Notes: a model not told the origin generated them from the letters alone. DNA of 64,000 nt from Antedon mediterranea (GCF_964355755.1 NC_092677.1:2998101-3062100), one strand, 5' to 3'. Shown: positions 43,114 to 56,839, numbered from the stretch's first letter. Numbers and translations: made by a program.

Positions 43114-43520
43114 ATGCATATTCATGATTTACCATTACAATGGTATGTGGTCATGGCATAACTATATCCTATTGGTTGTTTTTATACCATTGTCATGCAT
43201 ATTCATGATTCACCATTGTGGTCATGGCATAACTATATCCTATTGGTTGTTTTTATACCATTGTCATGCATATTCATGATTCACCATTGTGGTCATGGCA
43301 TAACTATATCCTATTGGTTGTTTTTATACCATTGTCATGCATATTCATGATTCACCATTGTGGTCATGGCATAACTATATCCCATTGGTTGTTTTCATAC
43401 CATTGTCATGCATATTCATGATTTACCATTGTGGTCATGGCATAACTACTGTATATCCTATTGGTTGTTTTTATACCATTGTCAATGTCATGCATATTCA
43501 TGATTTTCCATTACAATGGG
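43114..43520. repeat. 71-bp tandem repeat (about 5.5 copies) at the TMEM64 stop codon and 3' UTR
   Basis: atgcat recurs at 43195, 43266, 43337 and 43408. The last unit overlaps the stop at 43498-43500. Confidence 0.93.
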
Positions 43521-45031
43521 CGTGGCCATTTAACACTACTTCATTTTCATTCATGATTTTTGTTGTGTCTATTTCTAACTCCTCCTCTACTATAATCATT
43601 GGAAGCGTTTCATCCTTCCTTTCTGATTGGATGCCTTCTTCAAGTAATAGATTCTTGTTATCCCCTATTGTCTTATTTAACTGCATCTTTGCTTGCTGGA
43701 GAATGTAAAACGTGAGAATTATACTAACAAAAACCTGTAAAAAATAAAGAAAATTTGTTTAAAAAAGTATTTTTGTTAAGTTGCAACACGAAAACCGATA
43801 TATGTCCTTTAAAACACTAATAAAATTAACTCTATGAAAATCACAAACTCTCCCAAAACCAGACTTTTCTTAAGGTCAAAAACGTCCCAAATATTTTTTT
43901 TTTACCAAACAACCCATTTAAACTACCATAATTTCTAGAAAAGCCCAATCCAAGTGTATCCAACGTAGTGCTATTCACCTGTACGAATACAATGCAGTAG
44001 CCCATTGTTGAACTGTTTTGTTGCGTAAGATCATCAAGTGAACGTAGAGTGGATCCAACGTAAGAGTTTAGTAGCTGCGTTGGCAGAAGACCTAGAGTAG
44101 ACGCTACCATAAATGTCATCGCTGGTACATTCGTTACCTTCACAATACAAATAGATATTAATATGGTTTTCTGCCTAAAGCTCTGTCTACACTATCAAAC
44201 TTTTTGCGACAAAAAAATGATGTGCCCATATATGGACATGATGATGTCATATTACTACCATATTTGAGCTCATCACATTTTTTTTGTCAAACTATTAGAC
44301 AGATCTTTATGGTTGTCAATGTCATGTCCCAAATTTAATTGGCAGAACATTTTGTTTAACATTTTAATAAACAATCTTTAAATATTATGATAATAATAAT
44401 AATTTATTTTTGAAGTAATAAGACTCTTAAAGTACTAGCTGAGAATTCTTTTCCAATTAGTACTTAATTTCCTTTAAGGAAATGAGGAAATTTATTTTTT
44501 ACTCACAGCAAAAAGCCCGTTCTGAACACCAAACGGTAGAGGGCTCATACGTGTCAACGCAATCACTTTAAATCCATTCGGTCCTTCCACCACCGTCATT
44601 ATAGCTTTCATATAATCCCCCTGAATCTTGGAATGCATCCACGACGAACACATCTTGCGACAAATGAAGAACGCGAGAATTGATCCCTGAAGCACACAAA
44701 CTGCGGTAACGCCGCTTCCTAATAAAAATCCGTACCGATACCCAGCGGCTACGTTTATAAATATATATCCCCACATCAACGGGAACGAGACTAAAACAAA
44801 TGTTACTAAAAATATCAAATAGCCTTCCAATTCGTTTCCTATTAGTAAAAATCCAGTTATTTTTAACATATATTTTTTGAATAGTAAAAAAAGTCCAAAG
44901 CATAAAAGCGTGAGGGCGCCATAAGTTACAAATCTTCTGTACGAGCACTCCTGACAAAGGCGACGACAATGATCGCAGACGGCTTCGGTTATCTTTTGGT
45001 TCCAAACGCACAATGATTCGAACCAACCCAT
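43498..45031 (-). CDS. TMEM64: Transmembrane protein 64 (VTT/SNARE-associated Golgi protein domain), about 306 aa
   Basis: Exons 45031-44507, 44137-43979, 43734-43498 in phase 0. Motifs VSFPLMWGYIFINVAAGY.YG, GFKVIALTRMSPLPFGVQNGLFAV and GLLPTQLLNSYVGSTLRS. Confidence 0.93.
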
Positions 45032-46989
45032 GGTGGCAGTACGTGCTCAAACCTGTTAATAGATAAAAGGTAGAGCTCAGTGAAACATTATATCAGATTA
45101 ACCAGAATGTTTTTCTTAATTGAAGTAGTAGTAGTAGTAGTACTGTCAACTGTGTAACATGTCTGGTATTCAGAATGTGTTTTTAATGGTAAAAATTAAT
45201 TTGGGACCTTTTAAACCCTTATAAAAAGTCTGGTTTTGGGAGAGTTTTCGGTTTTCAGAGAGGCTGGTATTGGGATAGCTGACTGTATTATTAGTAAGTA
45301 GCATGGCATTTTGGTTTGGGGTAATACAGTAGGTGAGGTCACTTTATAGCCTAAATTTGTTCTTACCAGCTCTTCTTATAAACAGTGTTTGGAAATCTTG
45401 TCACTCCCCTTTATAAAAATGTCCTATGTCTTCTGTACACAAACATACATACGTACATAGAGTTAATAGTACAACTACATTTAATATAACTTTCAATTTG
45501 CAACTTTAACTATTGCATAATGCCACAAGGACCCTGATATTTGAACTGTGTCAGGTTGATTATACAGATTTAAGATAACAGAACAAAGGTGCACTACCAG
45601 TAAAACTCAATGAAATTACAGTACAAAATTAACAATTATAATGACTGTAGGAAATTAAAGACAGATGACACATATTTAGCCAGTTTTTTTATTTCTCTTT
45701 GGTTTGTTACGTTGTTGTTGTAAGATGTAGCTTTTGAAATCGGTCGCGATAAAACTTTCATTTTTGCCTACAAAGGTTTAGGTCGGCTTTACTCTCACCA
45801 TGTTGCCTAAAATGTTTTTTTGGGTGAGTGAAGTAAAGTATGTTATTATTTAGCTAGCGATGATGAACACAAAATACCAGAAAATGATTTTATTGCGACC
45901 AAATTCCAAAAACAGAATAACACACGATCAAATACAAACACAATATATATTGGTCTTTATTTGATCTCAACATAAGATATATATATACTGTGTATGTAAT
46001 CATAATATAAAAACCCTTCAGTTCAGGGTGAAGGGGTGTGGGATAATCTAAATAAATTCATGTAGGCCTGGGCCTTACCCTAGATAAACAAAAAGAATTA
46101 CTAAAGAAGTAGGTATTATTAGACCCCTACTAGGCTAGCCTAGGTAGTAGTTTAGGCCATATAACTAGTAGTAGGCCTAGTGTAGGACCCAGCCCAAGTT
46201 AGACTGGCCTAGGTCTAGTGGTACTAGCCTAGGCCTAGTAGGACTAGGCCTGAAGTAGTAGTAGTAGTTAGAGGCCTATATAACTATCCTAGGGCCAGAC
46301 CTAGCCCTCCTCTAACTACTAGTTAGAGGAGCCGTCCTTGCTTAGCCTAGCTAGCTAGGCCCCTAGTTAAACGTTAAACTAGCCTAGGCCTACCTAGTAC
46401 CTAGTTAGGCCTAGCTTTAGTAGTAGCTAGCTGTTTAAATACAATGTTCGCCTTAAAACGCCAATAAGCTCACTTACAATACTTTCAATCGAATCACAAA
46501 ATACTATACACATGCTTAGTCATGTCAGCCACGTCCTTTTTGCGGTACAACGTACATTTCCTAACAATAAATGTGAAGAAATACAATCATCTGATTACAA
46601 TATCCCTTTTGATGTGTGTGGGGTCACCGTTGTATTTTGTGGGCTTGGACTTTCACAACGTCAAGTGTGACTCATCGTCAAGGGATTTCTTGTGTAAAAC
46701 CGTACCACAGCGCATCACTCTGTGCATATCCTTGACTCACCTTGACAAGAGCTTACATGTCGCCCTCTATATTATGAATATGATTTGATTTGAATTTATT
46801 AGGAAAATCATCATAAAAAATACATATACAAAGTGATTACGGAAATAATACATTTATAAAAGATTTTCCAGGATAGCCCAAAAAGCTTATTAGCTTATTT
46901 CCATTGGGATTAATGAATTCATTAATTTTATCACGAGCGCAAGCGATTACTTTTTTTTCGTAGTAGGCTACTTAGGCCTATGTATACCT

Positions 46990-48652
46990 TATTTACGATC
47001 GCGTGTGTTAGTTACTTGGCAAAAAGAATTTTGCCAAGTAGGCCTATAGTATTTACTTTGTTTGTTTGTTTGTTTGTTTGTATGTAATGTATGTATGTAT
47101 GTATGTTTGTTTGTTTGTTAGCACGATAGCGCCTACAGTTTTCAAGTTATCTTTCTGAATTTTTGGTGTAGATAGGTAGGCCTATATACTTTCAGACCAT
47201 GCCTATTGAAAATCAACAAAATTGGTTTATTAATAACTTCACAAATAACAAAAATGATATTATTTTCAGACCGGCTAGTGTTAAAAGATAGGAGACAATT
47301 TTCAAAACCCGGTGTGAGCAGTCTCAAAGTAACACGTAAACTGAAATTACATTTTCTCGAGAACTACTAGTCCAAAAAAACCTCATTTTTGGACAAGAGG
47401 CAAGGGTTATAAGTTGTGATTTGTAATTTTAAAACAAAAGTTGATTTAATGTACCGGCTTTTTCATACGAGTAGTTTTAAAAACCTATTTCTTTTCAAAT
47501 TCACCCGTTTGTTTTTGGCGTTGCTGTTCTATTGTTATTCAAATTAAACTATTGTTAGTTGATAATTAGTTTTGTTAGTACCGGCGTGTGTCCTGCCTTA
47601 TTTCATTCTGTACATAGCTATACTTACAGAACATGCCTATTGATTTTCAGGAAAATTGATATATTGGTCATGTCACAAAAGCTTATCTTCCGTACGATAT
47701 ATTAAATAGCACGCATTCTGTCTTCTGTTAACATGGACATAATTATTCTTTGATATGGACCAAAACATTAGTCGACTGGTCAAGCGGTTAAGCTCACTAC
47801 ATGGGTTAAGGCAGAGGCGCCGCAAATCGGCACAGCTTCAAGACACTCCTCCTCGATCATTATTCTGGTCAATCTTGATTTTAGAAAGGTCATTGTTGCA
47901 ATGCCGGAATTGTTTGTATCCAAAAATTATTAACCCCCAGTAATATTTTAACCATGTAAAGCTAATACCTAAAGCAAAAAAATGTATCTTTCAACATGCT
48001 CCGAGTCAGTGGATATATTTTGCCAAGTACTTCACTCAGTTTCTGAGTGCTTTCATTTGTTCGTTAGCAGGATTACTCAAAAAGTAATTACAAGATCTTT
48101 ACCAAAATGAATATACAGATAGATATGTGGTCAAGGACCATTCCATTAAATTTTGGGACCATTAGGGATCATGGTCCCAATTCTGAACCACTTTTTAGTA
48201 TACTTTTCAGACCTGCTAGTGTTAAAAGATAGGACAGAATTTTTCAAAAGCCGGCTGAAATTGCATTTTCTCGAGAACTACTTGACCAAAAAACTTCATT
48301 TTTGTACAAGAGGCAAGAGTTATAATTGGTGATTTGTAATTTTAAAACATAGTTTGATTTAATGTGCACCTTTTTTGATGCGAGTAGTTTACAAAACCTA
48401 TTTCTTTTCAAATTCACTCGTTTGATTTTCGCGTTGCTGTTCTATTGTTAGTCAACTGAGGCTATTGTTAATTGAAAGGCTTGTTACATAACCATTACAC
48501 CAAACTCGCATACACATGCTTGTAGTGAAATTAGCCTAAATCACAAACAGCATTAAGACACACACAAATATATATATTTTTTCCGGAGAAATCTTATGTA
48601 GGAGAATTTTACAGTAGGCGGAGGTATGCACTCTCGGAGTGGCTTTCTAGTT
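46990..48652 (+). mobile_element. Helentron/DINE-like composite repeat with internal duplication
   Basis: (tttg)n/(tatg)n microsatellite. About 47262-47560 is duplicated at about 48203-48475. 3' end ggcggaggtatgcactctcggagtggctttctagtt (subTIR plus hairpin). Confidence 0.55.
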
Positions 48653-49206
48653 CTTTTTGTATTGTAAATGTGTTTTAAAAACGCGTGCCGCTGTTAAAAG
48701 CATATGTTCAATAAATAAATAAATACAATAAAGTACATTTTAATTTGACGAGAGACTCTCCACCACTATTTATTGGTTGATTAGACTTATCGTTTTTGTT
48801 ACTATAAAAATGAAACGATAGTTGAATAATTGGTGGTCCTTTAATAGATAATTTATTGGGTGTTAATTGGTCTAAAACACTAACAGAACAGGAAAATCCG
48901 ACATTTTGTTTTTCCGTTTTACAAAGTTTAACTGGAATGAAACATCTGCAGTAACCTATTTCATGGTTGTATTTGTCTAATCATGCATACAGTTGTATTA
49001 TTATTTTTATACCTCGTGTTTGCATCCGTAATCAGTTACCCTTTTGTTTTTGCCATTCTGATGATCTGTAGTCGTGAAATTCAACACTACACCGGGTCGG
49101 ATTAGCGCAACGGTGCATATTAATATACCCAATATTTATGAATAACTATCAAATTGTGGGTCATTTTTAATCGAACAAGGTCCAATGTAAAGTGACAGCA
49201 GTAGAA

Positions 49207-52200
49207 ATGAGACAGAAAGTATTTGGGGTTCTTTTATTCGTAGTTATAGGTTGTAGTTATATTTACGAATGGAAGATAGGAGGCGTATCTGGTAAGTATG
49301 CACGCGCGCGCTTAATAACAAGTTGCAGTGATGCTGGACTAGACTGAAGGTGGTCCTTGTACTCGTTCTTCTAGGCCCAGGCCCTATAAGTTCAAATTTA
49401 GTGATCAATATCAAACTATCTTTCTTCTGAACAAGATAAAACAGATTTAAAGACAGTATTTTTAAATAACGGTATTTCTCGACGGGTACACATACAAAAA
49501 AACCGATTTTTAAATTCGGTTTTAAAATCTCCATTTTATTTAGGTCTCGATTGTCAAAATAACGTGTTTTTTTAAAAGGTTTACGTGGAGCAATTTTTAT
49601 CTTTTTTAATTTATGTATGTTGGAAATAAGTTAATGGTCAACTTACTGCTCATGCTCTTCCAACATAATAATGCATTATTTACACATAGTAGGTTGGTTG
49701 GTTAATATGTATAATATAAAACAGTTTTATGGTAGGCCTATTATTCGATGTGTAGTTTTTTCGAAAGGTGTTCGGTAGTTGTCTGTGCTCACTTTATCGC
49801 CCGTATTCTTAAACCGGACTTTAGTCGTAGTTCGAGCTAAAACTAAAAAAATGACGTCATTTTAATTCATAAACAGAACTTCAACTAAATCACCGACTAA
49901 ATCAGGTCAACCTCGACTAAATCGAGACGGATTTTGATCGATTTTTTTAGTCCTGGAGAGGGCAGACTAAATGGTCGACTAAATGGTTTTTAAACGATGT
50001 TTATAAAAAACGTAACAGTCATTGAGTTGTTATATTGGCCAGATATTGAAGAATGAAATATCTATATTTATATTAGCTTAATTAAATATACATTGGTATA
50101 AATTATAATAATGAAAATCATCTTTATTTACAACTGTATACAAATTACATTATTTTCTTCGCGCAAGTCCGACTTGAGCTACGTCACGCCATAGCGACAA
50201 TGGGAGATGCGGCAATTCACCACGCGATGGAATGTTTAGGGGGCCTAGCGCTTTCTTGTCACGCTATGAAGTGCGTGGTTCGTGGCGATCATACTTTGTT
50301 GGGGGCCTAGAAAATATAAAAGTTACCGTACCGCCATGGTTCCTAAATATATTTTTAAGATTTTATTTGTTGTTAATCAAATATACTTCACTGTTAAATT
50401 ATTACTGATATTGTTCTAATAATTAACGATTAAAATTATTTTTCATGTATATAGTCCTGATGCGTAAAAAGTGTTGTAAGAAATGGAAAGTGATATCAAT
50501 GCGCAAAATTTCGTCTGCTCCTCAAAATACTCTCTTGTCATTGGCCAATGTTTAGCCTTTGTAACCCAGACGTGTGCAACTCGACTAAAAGCTCGACTTC
50601 ATTAAGTCGAACTGCAAACTTCGACTACTTCGTTTTTGAATCGAATTTCAAGTAATAGCTCGAACTACGACTTTTCCAAGTCGAACTTCGAACTACCACT
50701 AAAGTCCGGTTTAAGAATACGGGCGTATGACCGGCTAGAAAAGTTAACAGAGTTGTTCAATTTGCCGTTAAATACACAGTGAGAATATTTAAACTCTGGT
50801 TGTGTCTTACGCCCGTATTCTTAAACCGGACTTTAGTCGTAGTTCGAGCTAAAACTAAAAAAATGACGTCATTTTAATTCATAAACCGAACTTCAACTAA
50901 ATCACCGACTAAATCAGGCCAACCTCGACTAAATCGAGACGGATTTTGATCGATTTTTTCAGTCCTGGAGGGGGCAGGCTAAATGGTCGACTAAATGGTT
51001 TTTAAACGATGTTTATAAAAAACGTAACAGTCATTGAGTTGTTATATTGGACAGATATTGAAGAATGAAATATCTATATTTATATTAGCTTAATTAAATA
51101 TACATTGGTATAAGTTACAATAATGAAAATCATCTTTATTTACAACTGTATACAAATTACATTATTTTCTTCGCGCAAGTCCAACTTGAACTACGTCACG
51201 CCATAGCGACAATGGGAGATGCGGCAATTCACCACGCGATGGAATGTTTAGGGGGCCTAGTGCTTTCTTGCCATGCTATGAAGTGCGTGGTTCATCGCGA
51301 TCATACTTTGTTGGAGGCCTAGAAAATACCGTACCGCCATGGTTCCTAAATATATTTTGAAGATTTTGTTTGTTGTTAATCAAAAGTACTTCACTGTTAA
51401 ATTAATACTGATCTTGTTCTAATAATTAACGATTAAAATTATTTTTTATGTATATAGTCCTGATGCGTAAAAAGTTTTGTAAGAAAATGGAAAGTGATAT
51501 CAATTCGCAAAATTTTGTCTGCTCCTCAAATACTCTCTTGTCATTGGCCAATGTTTAGCCTTTGTTACCCAGACGTGTGCAACTCGACCAAAAGCTCGAC
51601 TTCATTAAGTCGAACTGCAAACTTCGACTACTTCGAATTTGAAGTAATAGCTCGAACTACGACTTTTTCAAGTCGAACTTCGAACTACGACTAAAGTCCG
51701 GTTTAAGAATACGGGCGTTAAAGCCCGGCGCACACTACAGCTTCCGGCTGAGCCAACTGCCACGAGTAACACTTGTCTCACAGTGTGCGCCGGGGATTTC
51801 GTGAGGAATCGGCCACGCGTGCCGCTGAGGAATCGAAAATATCTATCGTGTTTAATATTTTTTGGCACGCGTGCCATTTTCCTCAAGTGTGCGCCGAACG
51901 TGAGCTTCCTGCTCACTAAAAAATTCCACTGCGCATGACATGTTCTGATTTATTATATTTCAGCGCGTGCTGTATAGCGTAGTAAGTAATTATCCAATCA
52001 GAAAATCGCGTACTGAAGGCGTTTAGTGTGCGTCCGATAGAACGCGATCACAATTTGCGGCAAATTTTTTAGTGAGCCAAGTGTTACTCGTGCCAGTTGG
52101 CTCAGCCGAAAGCTCTAGTGTGCGCCGGGCTTTAGCAAAGCATCAGACTTATGTGTTGAGTCTCCGCGCGCGCGTGACAATTTCACGCACGTACGTACCA

Positions 52201-53960
52201 ACGAAGTACGCAAATTTATAATTTAATTTCACTCATACTTGTCATATTTATAGCCTGCTAGGCTATAGGCCTATGTCCGTTAAATGGTGTGCTTAATTGG
52301 TTATAGACAATGTAATCGCAGCATCTGTTGTTTTTCGATCGAACAATAAGGTTATTTTTAGTAACTGTTGCTTTTCATCAGTTCGTAAATGATCCAACGG
52401 GTGACCGTGTTTTTCATTCACGGCTGACTACGGTAAAAGAATACCAAAATCCGAACCATACTTAGACGCAGCGCAAAAACTTAAGGCGCACTTCAAGTAA
52501 TTTGACCACCTAAAGTCGCGGTTGCTTGCTCACTTAGGCTGACATTTATTTCTTTAAACTTAGTCAAGATAGTATAAGTGAAAACATTATCAAAACACTA
52601 ATTTTCATATGAACGTACGTGACTGGACTTCACTCTTCAACCGCGCAATTTGAGTAAAACATCTAAAAAATGTCTTTCTAGCACGTTTGGTAATGTGACT
52701 TTTGATATTTATTTACAGATTGGATGGTGTACTACCGTAGTCAAATTCAAAACGCAACACGAGTAAGTACAATGACGTCACTGTTTCCCGGTCTTAGCGC
52801 GCGAATCGAAAGCGTTGTCCAAATTTACTACTTTTTGTGTGACGCGATAAATTGGTCAACCAATCAGAACTCAGGAATCTTCGAGAGGGAATAACTACTG
52901 TGAAACCCATACGTAGTACGGTAATTCCCTTTTAAACGCCGCCTGTCTTTTTCCGACGACTCATGCGCAGTAAAGTAAAATTGAAATTTATATTTTGCTT
53001 TTTTTTTACAGGTTGTGAATCAAAGTCGAAATCTTTTCATGGAGGTAAATTAAAATTAATTCAATAATATTTTATCAACAAATAAAAAAAATATCAGCCT
53101 ATATGTTGTTTCAAATCATGTTCTGTGTTAATTGTCGATTTACATTGTAGGTTCAACAATCAGACGACGATCGGATCCGTCAACGATTCGAAAACCGCCG
53201 GAAACACATCAAGGAATTATGTTCGCATGAATTATATCGTGAGGCTCTTTCATTGCAGAATATTTTTGTGGAAGACAAATTTAAAATTATGTACTGCTCA
53301 ATACCAAAAACAGGCTGCACTAACTGGAAACGGTTGTTTTTAGTTTTACGCGGGTTATTTAGATCGACGAGTGACATCCAACAAACAGCCGTGCATACGC
53401 CGAAGTTTCACACAACACTTAAGAGTAAAACGCGGGACGAAATCGCTACCATTTTAAAAACTTATAAGAAGTTTATGATATTAAGGGAACCGTTTTCACG
53501 GATTCTCTCAGCATACAGAAATAAATTCGAAGAAAATAACCGTATGTCGATACTTTTAAGAAATAGTTTTGTACCGAAGATCATACGGAAGTACAGGACG
53601 AAACCGGAGCAAACAAAAGGAATTAAATCCGTAACATTTCGAGAATTTATAAATTATTTAGCGGATACTAGTAATGGTCTGCTAACTGATCCTGAAGAAC
53701 ATTGGCGGGAAGCTTATCGTCTGTGTTACCCGTGTGAAATAGATTATGATTATTATGGCCATTTTGAAACATTGACAGAAGATTCAACTTATATTATTAA
53801 AGCTTTGAACTTAAGTATCGAATATCCTCAGTCAACCAACCCAACAAACAGTTCAGAAACGTCTATTCTTGAGGAATATTACAGCCAGATTAGTTCGGGA
53901 GAAATTGAAAAACTTAAAGATCGTTACCGCATTGATATGCTGTTGTTTGATACAGTGTGA
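49207..53960 (+). CDS. Golgi carbohydrate sulfotransferase, CHST8-14 (HNK-1ST/C4ST) family
   Basis: Exons 49207-49291 (type II anchor MRQKVFGVLLFVVIGCSYIY), 52719-52762, 53012-53044, 53151-53960 in phase. 5'PSB YCSIPKTGCTNWK, 3'PB REPFSRILSAYRNK, HW...LCYPC.IDYDYYG.FE. Confidence 0.9.
49798..50725. mobile_element. PIF/Harbinger-like MITE copy 1 (about 930 bp)
   Basis: TIR cgcccgtattcttaaaccggactttagt; TSD tat. Confidence 0.92.
50810..51717. mobile_element. PIF/Harbinger-like MITE copy 2 (about 910 bp)
   Basis: Same TIR and highly similar interior to copy 1; TSD tta. Confidence 0.92.
51721..52132. mobile_element. Harbinger-like MITE abutting copy 2
   Basis: TIR of about 55 bp aagcccggcgcacactacagcttccggctgagccaactg... 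/ ...cagttggctcagccgaaagctctagtgtgcgccgggctt. Confidence 0.88.
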
Positions 53961-54230
53961 ACGCCCTACCACCACCCTGCAGTAACCCACACGCCATACC
54001 ACGCCACCCTCCCCACGGAATGCACACCAACCCCCACACAATCTACTCCTGTCACACCTCCACCAGCGTGAACGCAATACCACCACCCTGCAGTAACCCC
54101 ACCCCAGCCCCCCCCCCCCACACGCCATACCACGCCACCCTCCCCACAGAATGCACACCATACCCCCACACAATCTACCCCTGTCACACCTCCACCAGCG
54201 TGAACGCAATACCACGACCCAGTTCCCCAC
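53955..54230. repeat. C/A-rich tandem repeat (about 2.2 units of 112-130 bp) starting at the CHST stop codon
   Basis: gtgaacgc..taccac recurs at about 53956, 54068 and 54200. Confidence 0.85.
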
Positions 54231-56093
54231 GTTTGTTTTACTTTTGTAGACGATTGCCTGAAGGACCTATGATCTATATTATTTTGGACAATTTTCGTTT
54301 CGCATAAATTGTCAAATACGGCTACAGTTTATTTTATTAGTTTCTTTGTTTTAATATTTATATTTATGGATTAACAAATCTGAATTAAAAGTATGAATGA
54401 ATGATGAATAAATATGTAGGCTTACTCTACTAAAGAACAAGACAAAATGTGGTTCAGTCATCCGTTTTTAGATATAGGCCTAAAATTATTTAATGATTAT
54501 TGTTTTGTTTTATCCCAACCTGTTAGTGGAGGTTTTTTTTTTTATCTCTGTTTGATTGTAAATTGAATAAATAAATAAAAAAATGAATAAATGGTTTTTA
54601 TTATTTGTTTGAGTAAGACAACAGAACAAATTTAATTTTCATGGCTCTAACGATTTGTCCAAAAGAAAATTATAGAGGGCGGCATTAACAAAATCCTCTG
54701 CTAAAAAAGTCGTAGGCTACTTACTACTACTGAATACGATTTTGGATTTCTGTTTTGTAGTTCATTTGATGAGAGATTCATATACTCAATTAATGACCAA
54801 TTAACAACTATGAACTATTGTTCATGAATAAACAAAATGACTATTGTTCATGCATAAACAAAATGACTATTGTTCATGCATAAACAAAATGTTGAAAAAA
54901 AAGGAAACTATAACATTTTTTTTTGCGCGCGAGAAAGGTGTGTAAGCCTACTACTACTACTAGTCATCAGTGGGAGTGTCCAGCATACAGTGCATGTATT
55001 TTAAATATATAAATACGTAACATGATATTTGTTGTAAACATACACAATTGTTGTTATAATAGGGCATTAAAAATAGTGAAAATTCTACTCTTGCTACGTA
55101 AATTGCGGCAAGTTTTAACACGCTTTTACTTTATCATCATTAGTACGCCGCAAAGTACAAAATATAGTAGTGGCTCTACTACGCATGCGTGTCGAACCGG
55201 TTTTGGAATGATGGAATGAGGATCGGTAGCAACGCCATTTTACCAAACTGTAAATGCTTGTTAATATCCTTGTTTGACAAGTAATTTTCTTCTTTTTTGT
55301 GGACCTAAAATGAGTTTTTTGTAATGGTGGTGAAAAGCAAAGATATGCCAATGTGTTTACAGCGATAAAGGTGTTTATATATTTTTATTTCATTTGATTT
55401 GTATGTAATTTTCATTGAGGTTGTGGTAACACTTTACGAATTTTTGTATCATGAAACTGAGTGTGGCCATCCAGCTCATGCCAGTCGGAGGGAGAGGGAT
55501 CGCTGGGCGTGTAAGTTCTGTTCAGAGCTTAGTGGTTGCTCTTTCTCTACAACCGACATGCCGGTGATTTGCTCTCAAACTTGTCCAGTTAGAAACCAAG
55601 GCCTATAAAACATATCTCTTCAACAATTATTAATTTTCAGATAAGTACATGGATGTTGAGTGTTTGACAATGCATGAATTTTGTTTAAAATATGTATAAT
55701 TGTGAGACTTTGTTTAACAAAGTTCTTATGTACAGGGTCTCCCTCCTTCTTTCTAGGCCTATATCTAGTAGGCTCAGGGCCAGATGATAGCCCAGATCAA
55801 TCACATGATCAGAAGAAACAGCCCTGTTTCTGGGGAAAGTCTTGTTTTCACCTAGGCCTAGGCCTAGCTAGTTGAGTTACCTGCTTTGTAATAAACTGGA
55901 ATAAAGAGCTGTTGTAATATGAAATTGAAACAAGTTTTCTTCACACGGAAAAATAAAAACGAATACCATTTTAAATGTTAATTAATATTAATAAATTTGC
56001 CATATATTGTGAATATGTATTGTTTTTTGCTTTAAATATTAATTTTTTTATAGGATTCTGGTAAGCTGGCTAAAAATACAATTGCTTGATTAA

Positions 56094-56639
56094 AGATGTA
56101 TTGTCCCTTGAAACACAAAAAAATGATGGTCAAAATATTCTAAATTTAAATTGGCCATATCAAAGTAATATTAAAGTTATTCACTTTAAGTCGAAAATTC
56201 GAGCCAAAACAACAAGTTTACGTAAATAACAGGTAAATTAGTTTGATAAAATTTCGTCTGGAAAATTGTCGCGAGCGAAAGTAAACAAAGATTTCAAACC
56301 ACGAGTACGCATATTGCATATGCTAATTAGGATTATTTACAACTCGTCACAGTTGAGAAGGTATTTTCACACAGATCGTAAAGAAGTTTTTTGAAATATG
56401 CATACAGAGTAGCGAAACAAGCACGTTTCATTATGGGATATGTTTTGATGGAAAACTTTGACTGGAAGTCAAAGTTATTTTTTAAACAAAAAAACGTCTG
56501 TATTTTAGTTAAATGATTTTTTTTTCGACAAATTTTTGGTGATAGTTAATAACTATTATGATACTTCAAAATGACCCACCTTTTTTCGAAATCTTTAATT
56601 TTTTAATTTTTTGGGATTAGTCAAAGGGACAATACATCT
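56094..56639. mobile_element. Kolobok-like non-autonomous element in the CSNK2A1 5' UTR intron
   Basis: TTAA TSD; TIR agatgtattgtccctt / aagggacaatacatct. Confidence 0.88.
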
Positions 56640-56839
56640 TTAAACATTGATATTATTAATTTTCTTTTTTAGAATTTTATACAAGAATAGTTTTTTAAAG
56701 TGGGAGACCTTTTGGTTGATCTGTAGTGGCGCGTCCATCGTTTTTCTTTCAACTGTGTCTGTTGTTTCAAAACAGACTACGAACTGCAACCCTGAATCCC
56801 AAACAAAGACACAGGAAGCTAGCGTCGTCATCTGACACA

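Noticed and set aside
44568-45050. 160-aa alternative-frame ORF over TMEM64 exon 1
   Set aside because: Starts at a non-ATG codon at the intron edge and gives no recognisable protein. Treated as a chance open frame.
53853-54307. Gly/Trp-rich and Pro/His-rich ORFs after CHST
   Set aside because: Translations of the C/A-rich tandem repeat.
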